Positions 13,365 through 25,848 of a DNA stretch of 64,000 bases are shown here, one piece after another. The stretch lies in contig NW_024704742.1 of NCBI RefSeq assembly GCF_018977255.1, forward strand, positions 118,794,001-118,858,000, written 5' to 3'. The notes under the pieces were generated by a model. That model was not told where the DNA came from and did no database searches. It saw only the letters and a list, made by a program, of their open reading frames with translations. A program made the position numbers and the translations under genes. Source of the DNA: Callorhinchus milii. Lineage: Eukaryota. Each line of letters starts with the position of its first letter. Position 1 is the stretch's first letter.

Positions 13365-13695
13365 TTTAAGCGCTCTGAGACGCTACCCTGCGTGGAGGCC
13401 GCTATATAAGTGCAAGTTGTTGTGGTACTTATCAGATGATGTCAAATACTCAAGTATGGCACCAGCCTCCTGTTCGTCCCTCGCACCCTCAGACCCACCA
13501 TCAGAGGTCGTGCTTTTAGACACTACGCCCCGAAACTCTGAAACACTCTCCCTCAATTCCTCCTCCTTGCTCTCTGTCTTCCTTTTTTCGGCACCAACAC
13601 CCCCCGGCTCAGAGTCAGGCTCTGCCATTGTTAAGCGCTCTGAGACGCCACTCTGGGTGAAGGGTACTATGTAAGTGCTAATTCTTGTTGTTGTC
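13365..13695 (+). mobile_element. L2-type 3' fragments carrying two variant tails
   Basis: gcgctctgagacgc...ctatataagtgcaagttgttg-type tail occurs twice, around an L2 C-terminal remnant. Confidence 0.6.
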
Positions 13696-16600
13696 ATGAT
13701 GTAAAAGTGACACAAGTCTGAATTAAATGCTAATTGTACTTTAATGTTCGAGTCAGAGTCTGTGTCAAAATAGTCAATGTTTGAAGTCTTGTGATCAATT
13801 TTATTTGAATGAACGCACAAACTTCTGACTTAGAGGCAAGAGTGTCACCAGTTGAGCCAGAATGATACCTTGTTAGTGCTGTCTCCCAATAGAATCCTAT
13901 TGATGCTGTTGCTCTCTCTTAAAAGTAGTGGTCATTCTGGGAGAAGTGTTTTTCTACTGCCACGTCAGAGGTCCTCAAAACATGGTCTAATTGCTTTATT
14001 TGTTAATAGGATTCCTTAATAAACTAACTAGTTGAGGCTAAGTGTCAGTGATGCTCAGTTGTCAGCACTTTGAAATGGGCAAATTTGTTTTCCATAGTGT
14101 GCACTTTTGGACTGTAAGATACTTTTTGAAAGTTGTGCATCTTTTGTTATAAATCTTGTATTATTTTTCTAAGCATCTCTGCCGAATTGAATGTATGAAA
14201 TAAATCCCAACCAAATAAAAACAATTGGAAAGAGGTAATTGTTCCACAAGTCCAGTGATGGTAGACAAAACACTGTAATTCCTTTGGGAATCGATAAATA
14301 TCAATGAATATTCTGAATGAAGAATTGTTGTTACAGAATGGAATTAAGACCAAATCAAGATACCAAATTTATTTATGCAAAGTATTATATAAATTGATAA
14401 TAATCCCTGCATTTAATATTTCATGTTAGAAGGATGGCTTAAAGTGCTTCACACAAGTTACTATTATACGCAATGCATAATCCCATCTGTGGCACTAACC
14501 TTTCCACTGAGTCTCATACACAGCATGGCATAAAGAGGTCAAAGACTAAAGTCACAAACTTGCTATCTGTTAAAGTAAGCATGGATTAGTGTAGTTAACC
14601 CTTCATACATTTCCAGACAATTAAACTTTCATATGATTGCTGTAAACCCCCACTCTAAGTGAAGGTTAATGGAGAAGATGTCATGGCAAAAAGAATAGAT
14701 TTGTCTAATGGAGGGAAAGCTTTAAAATATTCAGTTAACCTCAATGTAACTATACCAAATTATTTAAAGAAATCTTTTTAAATCTGTTTATCTATCCCAG
14801 CTCAAATTTTGCCCCAAATATGTGTTAAATTTCTAGCACACAAATATATTTTCCCTTGATTTTTACTGAGGTTGTCAGTGACTGCAGATGATCAGTGACT
14901 GCAGACTGTGAACATTCTCCTGAATATGCAGCCATCAATTAGCCCGACAGAGTGAGACAATTCTGACCTTCTCTGCACTCAAGAGACAATCTCTTCTGAA
15001 AAGTGAATTATGTTTCACTCACTGGGTATATACGAGTGAAATAGTGGCTTTGCCAACATGTGCTTTGAATGGAAATATTGCATTAGGAGCACACGCGTTC
15101 AAAATTGCTGCACTTAGACGCAAATGGACACCTGCCCATCTAATCTCTAAATCTATATTGAGAATGAATCAAGAGTTTGAAATTGAAATAATCCTTTTAA
15201 TGGAATTTTAATCAATTTAATCAACTAATTCAGATGAATATTTTATAAATTGCCTTCCATCACATGAATACAATTGTTAATTAGTAAAAGGACAATTAAC
15301 TTCAACTCAGGTGAGAGGGGAGTTTTGCCAATGACACTACTGGCCCAACTCTGTTACCAAGTGAGATGTGCCCTGTGATCTCAGTGAAGCTACAAGTCTG
15401 AGTGTGCATTCACTCTCTTTAACACTTTCATACATGATCTCGTAACACTTTCATACATGGTCTCTTCATCGCTGAAAATATAACCAGTGTGCACTGCCTG
15501 TCACATCACTTGATGGAGGTTACAAAGTACCACTGTGATTATGCCTGATGTGCACTTGAGGACTGAAGGCAGTTAATTCTCCAGTGATCAGACTTTAGCT
15601 GAGAGTGCACGTTCTCTGTTTGCAAGTACACTATATTTACTAGCCTTTGCCAGTGTGTGTTACACAAAAAGCATTTCCCATTCTAAGTGCACACAGCCAA
15701 AAGTTGATAAGAGGAGAATAACTTCCCAAGTGACTTTTGCAGCTTCAAAATATCTACTTGTTGACAGCTGCAAAAAAATATTTGTCAGGATGCACCTTGT
15801 GAAATAAAATTGTAGAAATGTACAGAGCATTTGCAAATTTGCACTTCTTGAAGAAATAAGTTTACAAAATGTGTTATTTTGGTGCAGGCACGCTACTGCA
15901 TTCTCAAGGAGATTATATTTATTTTGCTAAGTCTACAGAAGCAGCTAACAGCCAAGTAGATTTTTTTTCATTCAGTTAAGGAAAATTCAAGATTTTGTGA
16001 TATTGTATATCTAACTACAATCAGATAATTCTCTTGAAAATAAATGTCATTACACTAAAATAATGCTCCTAATTGTAAACCAAACTGCTATTCAGATACA
16101 TGGGCTTCCACTGCTACATTCATTCTAAAGATTATACAAAGTTATATAAAACAGTGGAATTACGAGACATATTTTGAATCAGATAAATAGAGCAGCTTGA
16201 ACATTTTGAAAACATGAAGGTGTTCAAATTCATTTAAGTCATTGAAGAGAGCTTCCCCTGAAGAGAATCCAATTTGAGAATTGTGCAACAAACTTAAATA
16301 TGTAGCCTGTTCACAATCAGGCCACCAGAGACGAGATAACCGATAAAGTGCAGAGTAATGTTATCTGAAATGCTGAGCTCAAATAAATTAGCATGACAGA
16401 AATCAGCCGTATATTACACACTGAATAAGAAATACAACTGTTCTCCCTTTAACGTGTACCAAATAAAACCCGCCTGACCTTACTGAAGTCAAACATAGGA
16501 CTACTAATGATAAGCCAGATTGACTCCATCAGTTAAGTGACTGAATTTAGTCAGTAAAAAATCATTCACTGAATAGAAGTTGTAAAGTTTAAGTCTAATG

Positions 16601-18414
16601 ATGACAAATTGCAATTATTAAGTAACTTATTAATACAGCTATTCTCAATCCAGTTTGGAAGTTTTTAATGCCCTCACAAATTCTTAATGTTTACATTCAC
16701 AACTACATTTTTAAAAAAAAAGGTTTCAACAGTTTTCAGGGACACACACGCTTAAGGAAAACTTCAATCACTAGCGTGGTCACAAGCATTTCAGATGAAA
16801 TATAATTTTTCATTCAACTCGGTATTAGTGGCCACTTGATTGTTCATAATACATTGCAGATTTCAAGGTTCCTTAAAGTCAGAGAATTTTAAACATGGGC
16901 ATGGGAAACTGCATTTCAAGGTTTCTTAACAGTATTTTAAACATGGGCAAATCTGCTAAGAATATTTCTGAATGAAAGATCTTAGTAAATGTTACGGTTT
17001 GGGGATTTTCCTTTTGCACCTGGATTATTTTTGGTCATAGATGTAACGTATTTTACTAAACAGTAAAAAAATTCAAAGAGTGAACCATATTTTGTATAGG
17101 GTTATGGGATCTTAATAACCATTAAGGCCACAGTGATTATAGGTCTTGTTTTGTAATAATTCAAATTAAAACCTAGCACTTAAATCAAGAATTAATTCCT
17201 TTTCATAATGGTTCAAAATACATTTAAACAATTTACAATCTTTTCTGATTGACTGGGAAATCAATCAAAAAATAATCCAATACAAATTCTCATCCGTCTT
17301 GCACTGTATTACACTGATGACGTCCATCATAATGAACTTAATGTAACAGAGATACAATATTCATATTAAGGAAATTGCAATTTATATCAACTTCCAAGCT
17401 GAATTTAACAGTGTATAACTAGTCCATTTATTTTTCATGCACGCTTGTTAGTTTAAAAAAATTGTACATTCATGCAGCAGAACAATTGTGAGATTCCAAA
17501 ATCCCCTTTTCCTCCAACCTATGCTGCTTTTAACTGTGCATTTGAAATGTTTGAATATATTTTGATACTTTATTAGTGAGCCTTGGAACTGTATGAAAAT
17601 ATTATCATGACATTATTTACAGTACTTAGCTATTCTGTACTAAGAGAACCCACTAAAACAGTGGAGTCTGCAATGCATTGATTGATGCTTAACAATCTTT
17701 TGTAACGTATTATTTGAGGTACAATTTTATAATAAGCTCAAATAAGCTGGTAAAAATATGAGCAAATAAGCAGAGCCTGGTATTTTGCCATAGAACCGGC
17801 TGAAAATGGACAGCACACGCACATTAGAGTGAAGTAATAACAATGCCATTTTTAAAGGAAACTGAGAATGGCTAGTGTTAAGATTCCAGACCTCTCGATT
17901 CAGCTGCCCCAGCATTCAGATAGACAGCTGCCCCAGCCATTATAACAGTAACTGTCAGCATTCTTTACCTCCTATCTATCTAAAACATTTACAATATTTT
18001 CTGAATAACTGGGACCCAACCAAACACCAATTCCTGCCCAATTCCACTGCATTATTAAATGTGAACTAGATCAATCCAGCACTGAAAAATCAGTGCTGTC
18101 TTCACAAATTGCTTTGCCTAAGACATGTCAAAACTTAAATGCTTCTTTCTAAATAGAAATAGTGGCTGAAGGGTTGTAATTAGAGAAGCGCAGTTTATTT
18201 CATTCCAAATGCTGTCAAATCAGAATTGATAAGATTTTTGAGTCCCATGGTTTAAATGGAGTTGTCCAATATCGCTCTGATGTGTTCAGTGCAGGACATC
18301 TGATATGTGAACAAACTTTATCTTCCATTTCTACAAGTCCTACGATTACACCTGTACTTATGCTGGATTTCTCTTAAATGCAAGAATTGTTATTACTTGG
18401 GCAATAAAAAGTAG

Positions 18415-18525
18415 TCAGGGTGACCAAAGCTGAGATGAGCCAACATCATTGCTGGCTGGAGTCATTTTAGAGGTTACTTCTCCCCGAGACTTGTGTTGCG
18501 GACTGTTCCGAAGATTGTCGTCCAT
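18415..18525 (-). CDS. MTX3: Metaxin-3 last coding exon (MDDNLRNSPQ...SQLWSP*)
   Basis: ctgcag acceptor. MDDNLR matches the MTX3 C-terminus, with TGA stop at 18415-18417. The nine exons sum to 927 nt in one frame. Confidence 0.92.
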   Translation of the reverse strand: MDDNLRNSPQHKSRGEVTSKMTPASNDVGSSQLWSP

Positions 18526-18734
18526 CTGCAGTAAAAAACATTGATTATATTTCCACATCTACAATAGCTTTTTGCCTACATCCCTCAAGACACAACGCAT
18601 ACCAGAACTTTTATATGTGAGACTGAGACGAGGTGAGGGAGGCAATATACTTTACCATATCTGTGTATTGTTAAAGATCTTCTGCAGTATAACAATTGGA
18701 TGAAAAAGCACTCATCAGGAAACTGCAGTGTAAA

Positions 18735-19130
18735 TGATAATAGTACTTGCACTTGATATAGTGACTTATCATGTCACAATTTCTCAAAACGTTTCAGTAT
18801 ATTCTCTAACATGTAGTAATTGTGTATTTAAGGCCCATAAACAGTCAGAAGATAAATGAATAATTAACTAGAGGAATGTTGGCCAGGGAGAAACTCCCTT
18901 TTCTTTTCAATTAGTTCCATGGGCTCTTTAAGAGCCTGAAAAGGCTGACAAGGGCCTCAGTTTAACATTTCATGCAAAAGATACTTCGAACAAAGGTACT
19001 TCGAACGACATAGTGTTCCCCTAACCCTGCACTGGAGTATCAGCCTGGAATATGAGTCCCTTAAATGGGAATTGAACTCACAACCTTCTGACCTAAAGGC
19101 AAGAATACAACAAACTGATCCAAGCTGATA
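18735..19130 (-). mobile_element. SacSINE1-like DeuSINE (old)
   Basis: Reverse complement of the tcagaaggttgtg head, aggctgatactccagtgcag body and tail. Confidence 0.7.
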
Positions 19131-19334
19131 CTTGAAATGACCCAAGTGCTGGAACAATAAAATGAATCTTGAGCAGCTGCCCCCATGAATGTCAACCTGA
19201 CCTATGAAAACAATGCTCTCAAGCGCTTTTGCAACCCCATTCCCCCCCATACTTTCATGGGGGAATATTAAAGCCTGAAGCCAATTTAAATAATTTAAAT
19301 ACCACAATATCTTGCAAGGCACCAACAAGACAAT

Positions 19335-19695
19335 TTAGAACTACAGAATGTTACAGCACAGAACAAGTCTATTTGGCCCATCGTATCCATGCCGGCTCTA
19401 TAAAAGGGCAATCCATTTAGCCCCATACTCCCTCAAATTATTTATTTTTAGATATCTGTATAGTTCCTTCTTGAAGGCTAACATGGATCCTGCCTCGACT
19501 ATCACTCTTGGCAGGGCACTCCACATTCTAACAACTGTGTTGAAAAAAAATCCCTCTGATCTCCTCCCTTGGTAATAATCTTAAATCTATACCGTCTCAT
19601 CATTGACTCACCGACCAGTGGAAATAATTTCTCCTCATCAACTCTATCAAAACCCCTCATGATTTTAAAGACCTTTATCAGTTCTCCCCTCAACG
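19335..19695 (-). mobile_element. CR1 LINE 3' fragment
   Basis: ORF 19502..19693 RGELIKVFKIMRGFDRVDEEKLFP is a typical CR1 C-terminus. Confidence 0.85.
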
Positions 19696-20304
19696 ATGGA
19701 ATTTATTCCAAAGTGATTTGCACAAATAGCGGTTAACACTTAAAACTCTGAAATACAGTAATGCCCTGTTGTAACACAGTAGGTGAGGGTCCATAAAAAT
19801 CCCAACCAGTCTTATAATGGGGTACAAATCAGTGACCAAACCTTCCTCATTGTGATACTATTGATCACAGAACCACTTCCAGGTCATCGGATCACCAATG
19901 ACATTATGTCCTCTGTGTTGCAAGTAAACTATTCTTGGTCTTCCCCTTCCAGCCTGGTCTTTCCCTCTGCTCAGAGGACACCAGCCTGCTTCACCTTCCC
20001 TGCTTCACCCTCCCTGCTCCATCATTGGCAGTCGGGCTTTCAGCCTTTCTATACCCACTCACTGGAGCTTGCTTGCAAACCCTGGACAGTCCAGCACCAT
20101 AACATGTCCTGCCTTTGTGAAATTGCTATATAAATTTAATTTTGTGTTGCATTGTATAATTATTTTAGACAGCATTTTTTCTAAAAATAAGGCACAGATT
20201 TTACCTGACATTGTGGAGTAAGCACAGTGAAGCATTTTAGAAAGACATGCACAACATATAAACTAAGAATCAGTTCGATTGAAAAAACGAATGAAAGAAT
20301 CAAC

Positions 20305-20393
20305 CTTTTCAATCAGTTTGGATTCCTTGTTTACAAGCTGCGTCAGCTTCTGGAGGTTGGCATCCACCATATCATACCCAGATGCTGATGAGT
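20305..20393 (-). CDS. MTX3: Metaxin-3 exon 8 ([29 protein letters not shown])
   Basis: ttccag acceptor and AAG|gttgat donor, 89 nt. [16 protein letters not shown] matches MTX3 rather than MTX1 or MTX2. Confidence 0.93.
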
Positions 20394-21124
20394 CTGGAAA
20401 GCCAGCAGCAGTAAAGAAAAATAAAAGAAAGAAGAGAGTATTTCAGCAACAGTGAGACAGAGGGAATAGTAGCTACACACTCAGAGATTGGAGTGTGGAG
20501 AAGAAGCATCGCTTGCGAATCTCATCATTCCTGGCTACTGCAAGCTGTGCTAAGAGAGATCCCTGTTTGTTAAATGAAATATGAAATCACACTACACTTC
20601 ACATTAAAGATCGAACTATACTGTATACTCAATATCTATTTTCCTCCTTGGGGAAGTAAGCGGCAACTCCTTGGTACTGAGTTTCTTCCAAGGAGGCAGC
20701 TAGCAATGGAAAATCAGAATTGTGTCCATCCTCTGTCAGTCGCGGCAGTCTGATCTGAGCCAGGCAAGTCCACGGTGCTGCAAGGCACTCTTTAATCATA
20801 GATCATCCAGGCTGGTTCAATGGGTGCACTGGGAGGGAGGCTGAATTCGTCCCTGTGCAGTTTTAGCTTCTTAAATTCCAGTTGATTCCCAAAGCAGTCT
20901 GATCTGGGCTGTGAACCAAGCCTTGGCTGTTGCCAACCTAAATTTGCTGGGATTCGGTAAGCAGCATCAGTCTCTCTGGGGAGGATCCATCTCTCTGGGG
21001 AAAGTGCTCATTCCATAGTAGACAAATGAAAGAAGATACATATATGAAACTCCCAATAGTTTGGTTTGGACCATCTTCTACCATATGTGCCGGATACCCG
21101 GCTGACCAAGAAATCAAGTCAATT

Positions 21125-21585
21125 TGAAAACAAGCCATTCACCCCAACCAGTCTATGTCAATGTTAATGTTCCACGTGAGCCTCCAGCCCCCCTAATAAC
21201 CTCTCCTGTACCCTTCTCTATGATGTACACAACATGTTTCCTCTTAAATACATTGATACTTCCTGCTTCAACCACAACTTCCACATTCTTACCACCCTCT
21301 GATGAAGACATTCCTCCTAAACTCCCTTTAGTTCCTCCAGTGCCTATCTTATATTTTCCCCCCTTTATTTTGAAGTCACTAACAAGTCGAAACAGCATAT
21401 TAACGTCCACATGATGAATCCTTTTCACAATTTTAAAAACCTCCATTAGCTTCCCTTTCAATCGTCCCATCACCAAAAAGAAAAGCTCTAACATGTCCAA
21501 TCTTTCTTGATAGCTATATCCACGCATCCTTGGAAATATCCTAGTAAATCTACATTGCACTCTCGTGATCGCTGCAATGTCCTAT
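21125..21585 (-). mobile_element. CR1 LINE 3' fragment
   Basis: ORF 21153..21560 QCRFTRIFPRMRGYSYQERLDMLELF...LMEVFKI. Confidence 0.85.
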
Positions 21586-22704
21586 GCATTTCTGTCTCTG
21601 TAGGACCATTGCATCATCTGAAAAACAGTGGGTTCTATTTTCAGGAGCAAATGCCAAATACCTAGATGCATGCTCGTATTCAAATGTGCTATTTTCCCTA
21701 GGAGAATGAGGAGGCTTGTGAGTTATGTATCCAGACCTGTGGAGCCTTTCTCTCGGAATAGCTATTCTTCAATTTCAATATATTTTTCCGTTGTATTTTT
21801 CAGTGTACATCAGCAATACATCAGAGTAGATTAGCATAGTGTATAGACAATGGGTATTCACTGTGGCTTCATTGGCGGAAGATAAGTTGAGCTGGTGTCA
21901 AAAAATATGCCGGTGTCTGTTCTGCAGTACTCTATTCAACAAAATAAAGGGTTGATTAGATCACTAAGCGCTTTTAATCTCTGGTAGCTATTTCTAGATG
22001 GAAATGTGTTGGTATCTGAAATAATCAGTGGGTTGGAGGGATGGAGGTACAATAACACAGACATCCATTTCTTAGAGATATTCCCTTCTTGTAGGAATAG
22101 CACAGAATAGCTCAAAGCAACAGAAGGTACCAATTTAGAAGATAGAGCCCAGGTTACTGCTTGGGGGCTTGACTATAAACGTAACATTAGAGACCTTCAA
22201 AAGAAATCTGAATCCAAAGAGTTGATTTTGCTTGAAGGGATAGCCTTTAAAATGTTAATGGACATATATATATCTTCTGTCACTGACAGTCAAATAGAAC
22301 TTTACTCTGCTTTCAAAGAAACTGATCAAGTGACTATCAAAACAAATCCATGCAGGACGTTTGGTCACTTCAATGGAAGATATAGATTAACAGCTCATTT
22401 ATATCGCAGGCAGCTGGTGACAGCCCTGCAGGAGAAATTAGGAGAGTCTCATTCCAACAAGTCCGCAATTTGGCAATTTGGCTCCAGTAGGTAAACTATG
22501 CTGCTGCAGCTTGGCCCCCTGGGCAGCCTGAGGGAGGGGAAGGAGTTGCTGGCTGAACATGAGCTCACATTACATCGACGCGATTCTTGCACCAATGCAC
22601 TATACCGAGTTTCTACAAAGATCACTGCAGGTCTGCTTGTGACCAGGCGTGGTTGGAAAACAACTGTCTTCAGTTTGCGAAAGGGCAATTGTTTCTGTTT
22701 CCGT

Positions 22705-23068
22705 GGAGTCCTGTAGCTCAGTGGTTAGAGCACTCACCTCGCAAGCGAGCGACCTGGGTTCGATTCCCGGCAGGGCGAAACGTTGGGCTAGTTTCCTTAC
22801 TCCACACACCTCTGTTTACCTAGCAGTAAGTAGGAACCCGGTTGTTAGTCGATTGGCGGATCGCTTTTCCGTGGGTAATATTTCCTTTAAAAAAATTGGT
22901 CACTCAATCCATGACTGTTTGTGGGACACTGCTGTGCGCAATTGGCTGCCGCATTTCGCCCACAAAATATACAGTCAATTCACTTTACAGTATATGAAGT
23001 TCTGTGAAGTGTTAAGCCGTCTTGAAGACGTGATAAGGCGCTATATCAAATGCAAGAATTATTATTAT
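22705..23068 (+). mobile_element. tRNA-derived SINE, long form (head, CORE-like, Deu 3' half, L2-type tail)
   Basis: A box TAGCTCAGTGG and B box GGTTCGATTCC. Contains gctgtgcgcaattggctgccgc and ends in an (ATT)n tail. Confidence 0.9.
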
Positions 23069-23732
23069 ACGTTTCTTTCTGTGGATTCTGCTCCACAGAG
23101 TAAATAATAATAATAATCCTTGCATTTGATATAGCGCTTTTCACGTCTTCTCGACGTCCCACAGCGTTTCACCAAATATACTGTAGGACACAACCTCAGC
23201 AGCTGCCCTACATTGTTTGTAATATAACCGCTGCAAAAGACTCTGAGAACTCTATACCCCATCACTGATATATTAATCAAATTAGTAAATTATTCAGTCA
23301 ATAACAACAACAACAAATTGCATTTGTATAGCATCTTTCCCATTGGGAGGATGTTCCAAAGCACTGGATAGTCAAGGGTTTGCACCCAAGCTGGGGGTTG
23401 GATCCCAGAGGGTTGGAGGGCAAGGGGTGTGTGGGTGGGAGGATGACCGAAGGCACTGTGAATAAAATACTGGCTTACAATGAATCTTAATACCATTAAC
23501 ACTAAAACCTAGATATGTAATTCAAACGTAAAGATATAGTTGATATATTTTCTTTTCTAGATGAAGTGAAGTTATACCCATTCCTGATGCATACCCATTT
23601 TTGTTTGTACTCTATCTGCTTTAGTGCATATAGTAGAATGTCATTGTATTTTAATAGGAATTCTGCAAAGGCCCTGGATGAGCTGAGAAAGATGTGTGCC
23701 ACATTTCACCCACCATTTCACCACTTACTCAC

Positions 23733-23890
23733 CTGCTGAGTTTTGTGTAAAATACTGCATCAAGATGTTGTCACAGAAGTGGCACAGATTCTGGAGCTGA
23801 GTCAAGTGGTTCTGGAAGTGAGCACTAGGCAGCTTCGCTTTGTACAAAGGAGCAAGAAGTCCGAACACAAAGGCATCGAGACTCGTGGGC
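23733..23890 (-). CDS. MTX3: Metaxin-3 exon 7 (PTSLDAFVFGLLAPLYKAKLP...NLCHFCDNILMQYFTQNSA)
   Basis: ttttag acceptor and gtgagt donor, 158 nt. GST-C-like PxxLDAxVFG motif. Confidence 0.95.
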
Positions 23891-24147
23891 CTAAAATAAA
23901 TGAGACAATGCAGTAAAATTATTTTTTAAAAATCATAGCTCGAAAACAATTCTAACATTATCTGCCAGATTTCATGGGTGAAAATACTGACTAGATCAAA
24001 GGAAAACATCTTCAAAAACAACACAGATCTGTCTTTTAAAAATGTTTTTCCAAAGGTCTTTAAAGAACAGTCCACCACCACTTTTCTACATTTGACCTTC
24101 TTTAAATATATATCCTTTCAATCTCACTGGTTGCCACAAACACCTAC

Positions 24148-24224
24148 ATTTTCCCAAAGAAATACTCCGATGTTCCCAATCTGTACGAAAGAAGGTTGAG
24201 ACACTCCTTTGCATCTCTGTAAAG
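24148..24224 (-). CDS. MTX3: Metaxin-3 exon 6 ([25 protein letters not shown])
   Basis: caacag acceptor and gtaggt donor, 77 nt. Contains [12 protein letters not shown] motif. Confidence 0.95.
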
Positions 24225-24656
24225 CTGTTGAAATGAACCACAAAAACAGAATTAAGCCAGTTAATTCAGACTGGAATACTGAAGTATGTTTTATTGTAAA
24301 ACCAGACCAGTGCTGCACACATTATTCTACACTCACTCGACACGCGAGGAGAATTGGTCATAATCCACAGTAAAATTCTAGAGACTGTAAACACTGTCTT
24401 AAATCTATGTCTGAGCAGAAATTTTAGGGAAAATCTTAAATTTGTAAACTGGGTTTCCACAATTATTATTTGAATAAAATCTTTCTAAATTAAGACTGAA
24501 TTTAAGATTTTTCCAATTTTTCCAACCATAGGGCACCATTTTCACACAAGTGTCAAAAATAAAGCACTGAATCATTGTGAAATATCATTGTCATCTTCTT
24601 GCCCTGAGGACATGCATCTCAAAATGATAGATCACCAGAAAAGCTCCATCACCTAC

Positions 24657-24839
24657 CTGTCCTTCTACTTCCTTGATGCTGTAGATTGGCGGCTCTCCTT
24701 TCGTTAGAACAATGTGGTTTAATGCAGATCGGGACATCTGCCCTGGTAAATACAAGTTCAATGGGAAGGGGATTCTTGCAGCAAACCATGGTCTGGTCAG
24801 GTTGCAGTAATTCTCGACGTCCACCCAGAATGTGTGCAG
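24657..24839 (-). CDS. MTX3: Metaxin-3 exon 5 ([35 protein letters not shown]...EVEGQ)
   Basis: gtacag acceptor and gtaggt donor, 183 nt. Overlaps ORF 24591..24824 and contains the LHTFWV and PWFA..IPFPL motifs. Confidence 0.95.
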
Positions 24840-24923
24840 CTGTACAGAAATGTCATTAAACCCCGTTCACCCATCCGTACATGGATAAACAAACCATGAT
24901 CATTTCTGCATTTAACCTCACCA

Positions 24924-25356
24924 GATAATAATAATAATAATAATCCTTGCATTTTGATATAGCGCTTTTCACGTCGGGAGGACGTCCCAAAGCGCTTCAC
25001 AGAACACACTGTAAAGTGAATTGACTGTATATTTGTGGGCGAACGCGGCAGCCAATTGCACACAGCAATAATAATAATAATAATAATCCTTGCATTTGAT
25101 ATAGCGCTTTTCACTTCGGGAGGACGTCCCAAAGCACTTCACAGAACACACTGTAAAGTGAATTGCGCACAGCAATGTCCCACAAACAGTCGTAGATTGA
25201 AAATGACCAATTTATTATTGTTTTTTTTTGGAGGGATTATTATTAGGCTCTGTGTGGAGTAAGGAAACTTGCCCAAGGTTTCGCCCTGCCTGGAATTGAA
25301 CTCAGGTCTCTCGCTTGCAAAGCGAGTGCTCTAACCACTGAGCTACAGGACTCCAC
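24924..25356 (-). mobile_element. tRNA-SINE, short form, with duplicated 3' end (MTX3 intron 4)
   Basis: Head at 25270-25356 and two (AAT)n tails at about 24925 and 25067. Confidence 0.9.
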
Positions 25357-25755
25357 ATACTTAGTGGGTGAAAAATGCTTCACTTTGGAAAACAATTCAA
25401 AAGCTTTTAATCTTTTTTTTAAAAATGAGAACTTGGAAGTAAACATTTCTACAATGTATGGAGGTTGGAGATTTTTGGTTTCTCCACTAATTTTATAAAA
25501 ACACTGTATTACAGGCTGAGTCACAGAGGAGTTGGCACAGTCAGACAGTCAATGCCAATCGAGTTACAAAAGCAGAAAACTTATTCACACACACACAAGA
25601 GGCCAAGCAGCATGAATAACTTATAAGTTCTTAAGATTAATTCATTAGTTCTTAATTCATTCATTCAAGAATAACAATTCAACTGAGGTTTCGATAGGAA
25701 GAGCGCATATTTAATTGACCAATGCCAAGAGAAACAAATTGCTTAAAACCTTTAC

Positions 25756-25848
25756 CAAAGCTGGACGAAGCTTCTCCTCCAGTAGCGCAATAAACGCCAG
25801 AGTGTCGGCTCCCTCTTTGGCTGTTAGATCATAGTCTGCATTGTATTT
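25756..25848 (-). CDS. MTX3: Metaxin-3 exon 4 ([31 protein letters not shown])
   Basis: gacag acceptor and gtaaag donor, 93 nt. Highly conserved metaxin motif KYNADY..GADTLA. Confidence 0.95.

Noticed and set aside
1..14150. Expected 3' exons of CMYA5 (the human neighbour of MTX3) or another gene
   Set aside because: Candidate spliced segments near 1039, 2450, 7780 and 9600 gave no recognisable SPRY, FN3 or other protein motif. A small missed exon cannot be excluded without TBLASTN.
22705..22780. tRNA-Ala-like genes (also at 25270-25356, 35290-35362, 42199-42275 and 53555-53630)
   Set aside because: Each runs straight into a SINE body and tail, and the copies vary at the anticodon. They are SINE heads, not tRNA genes.
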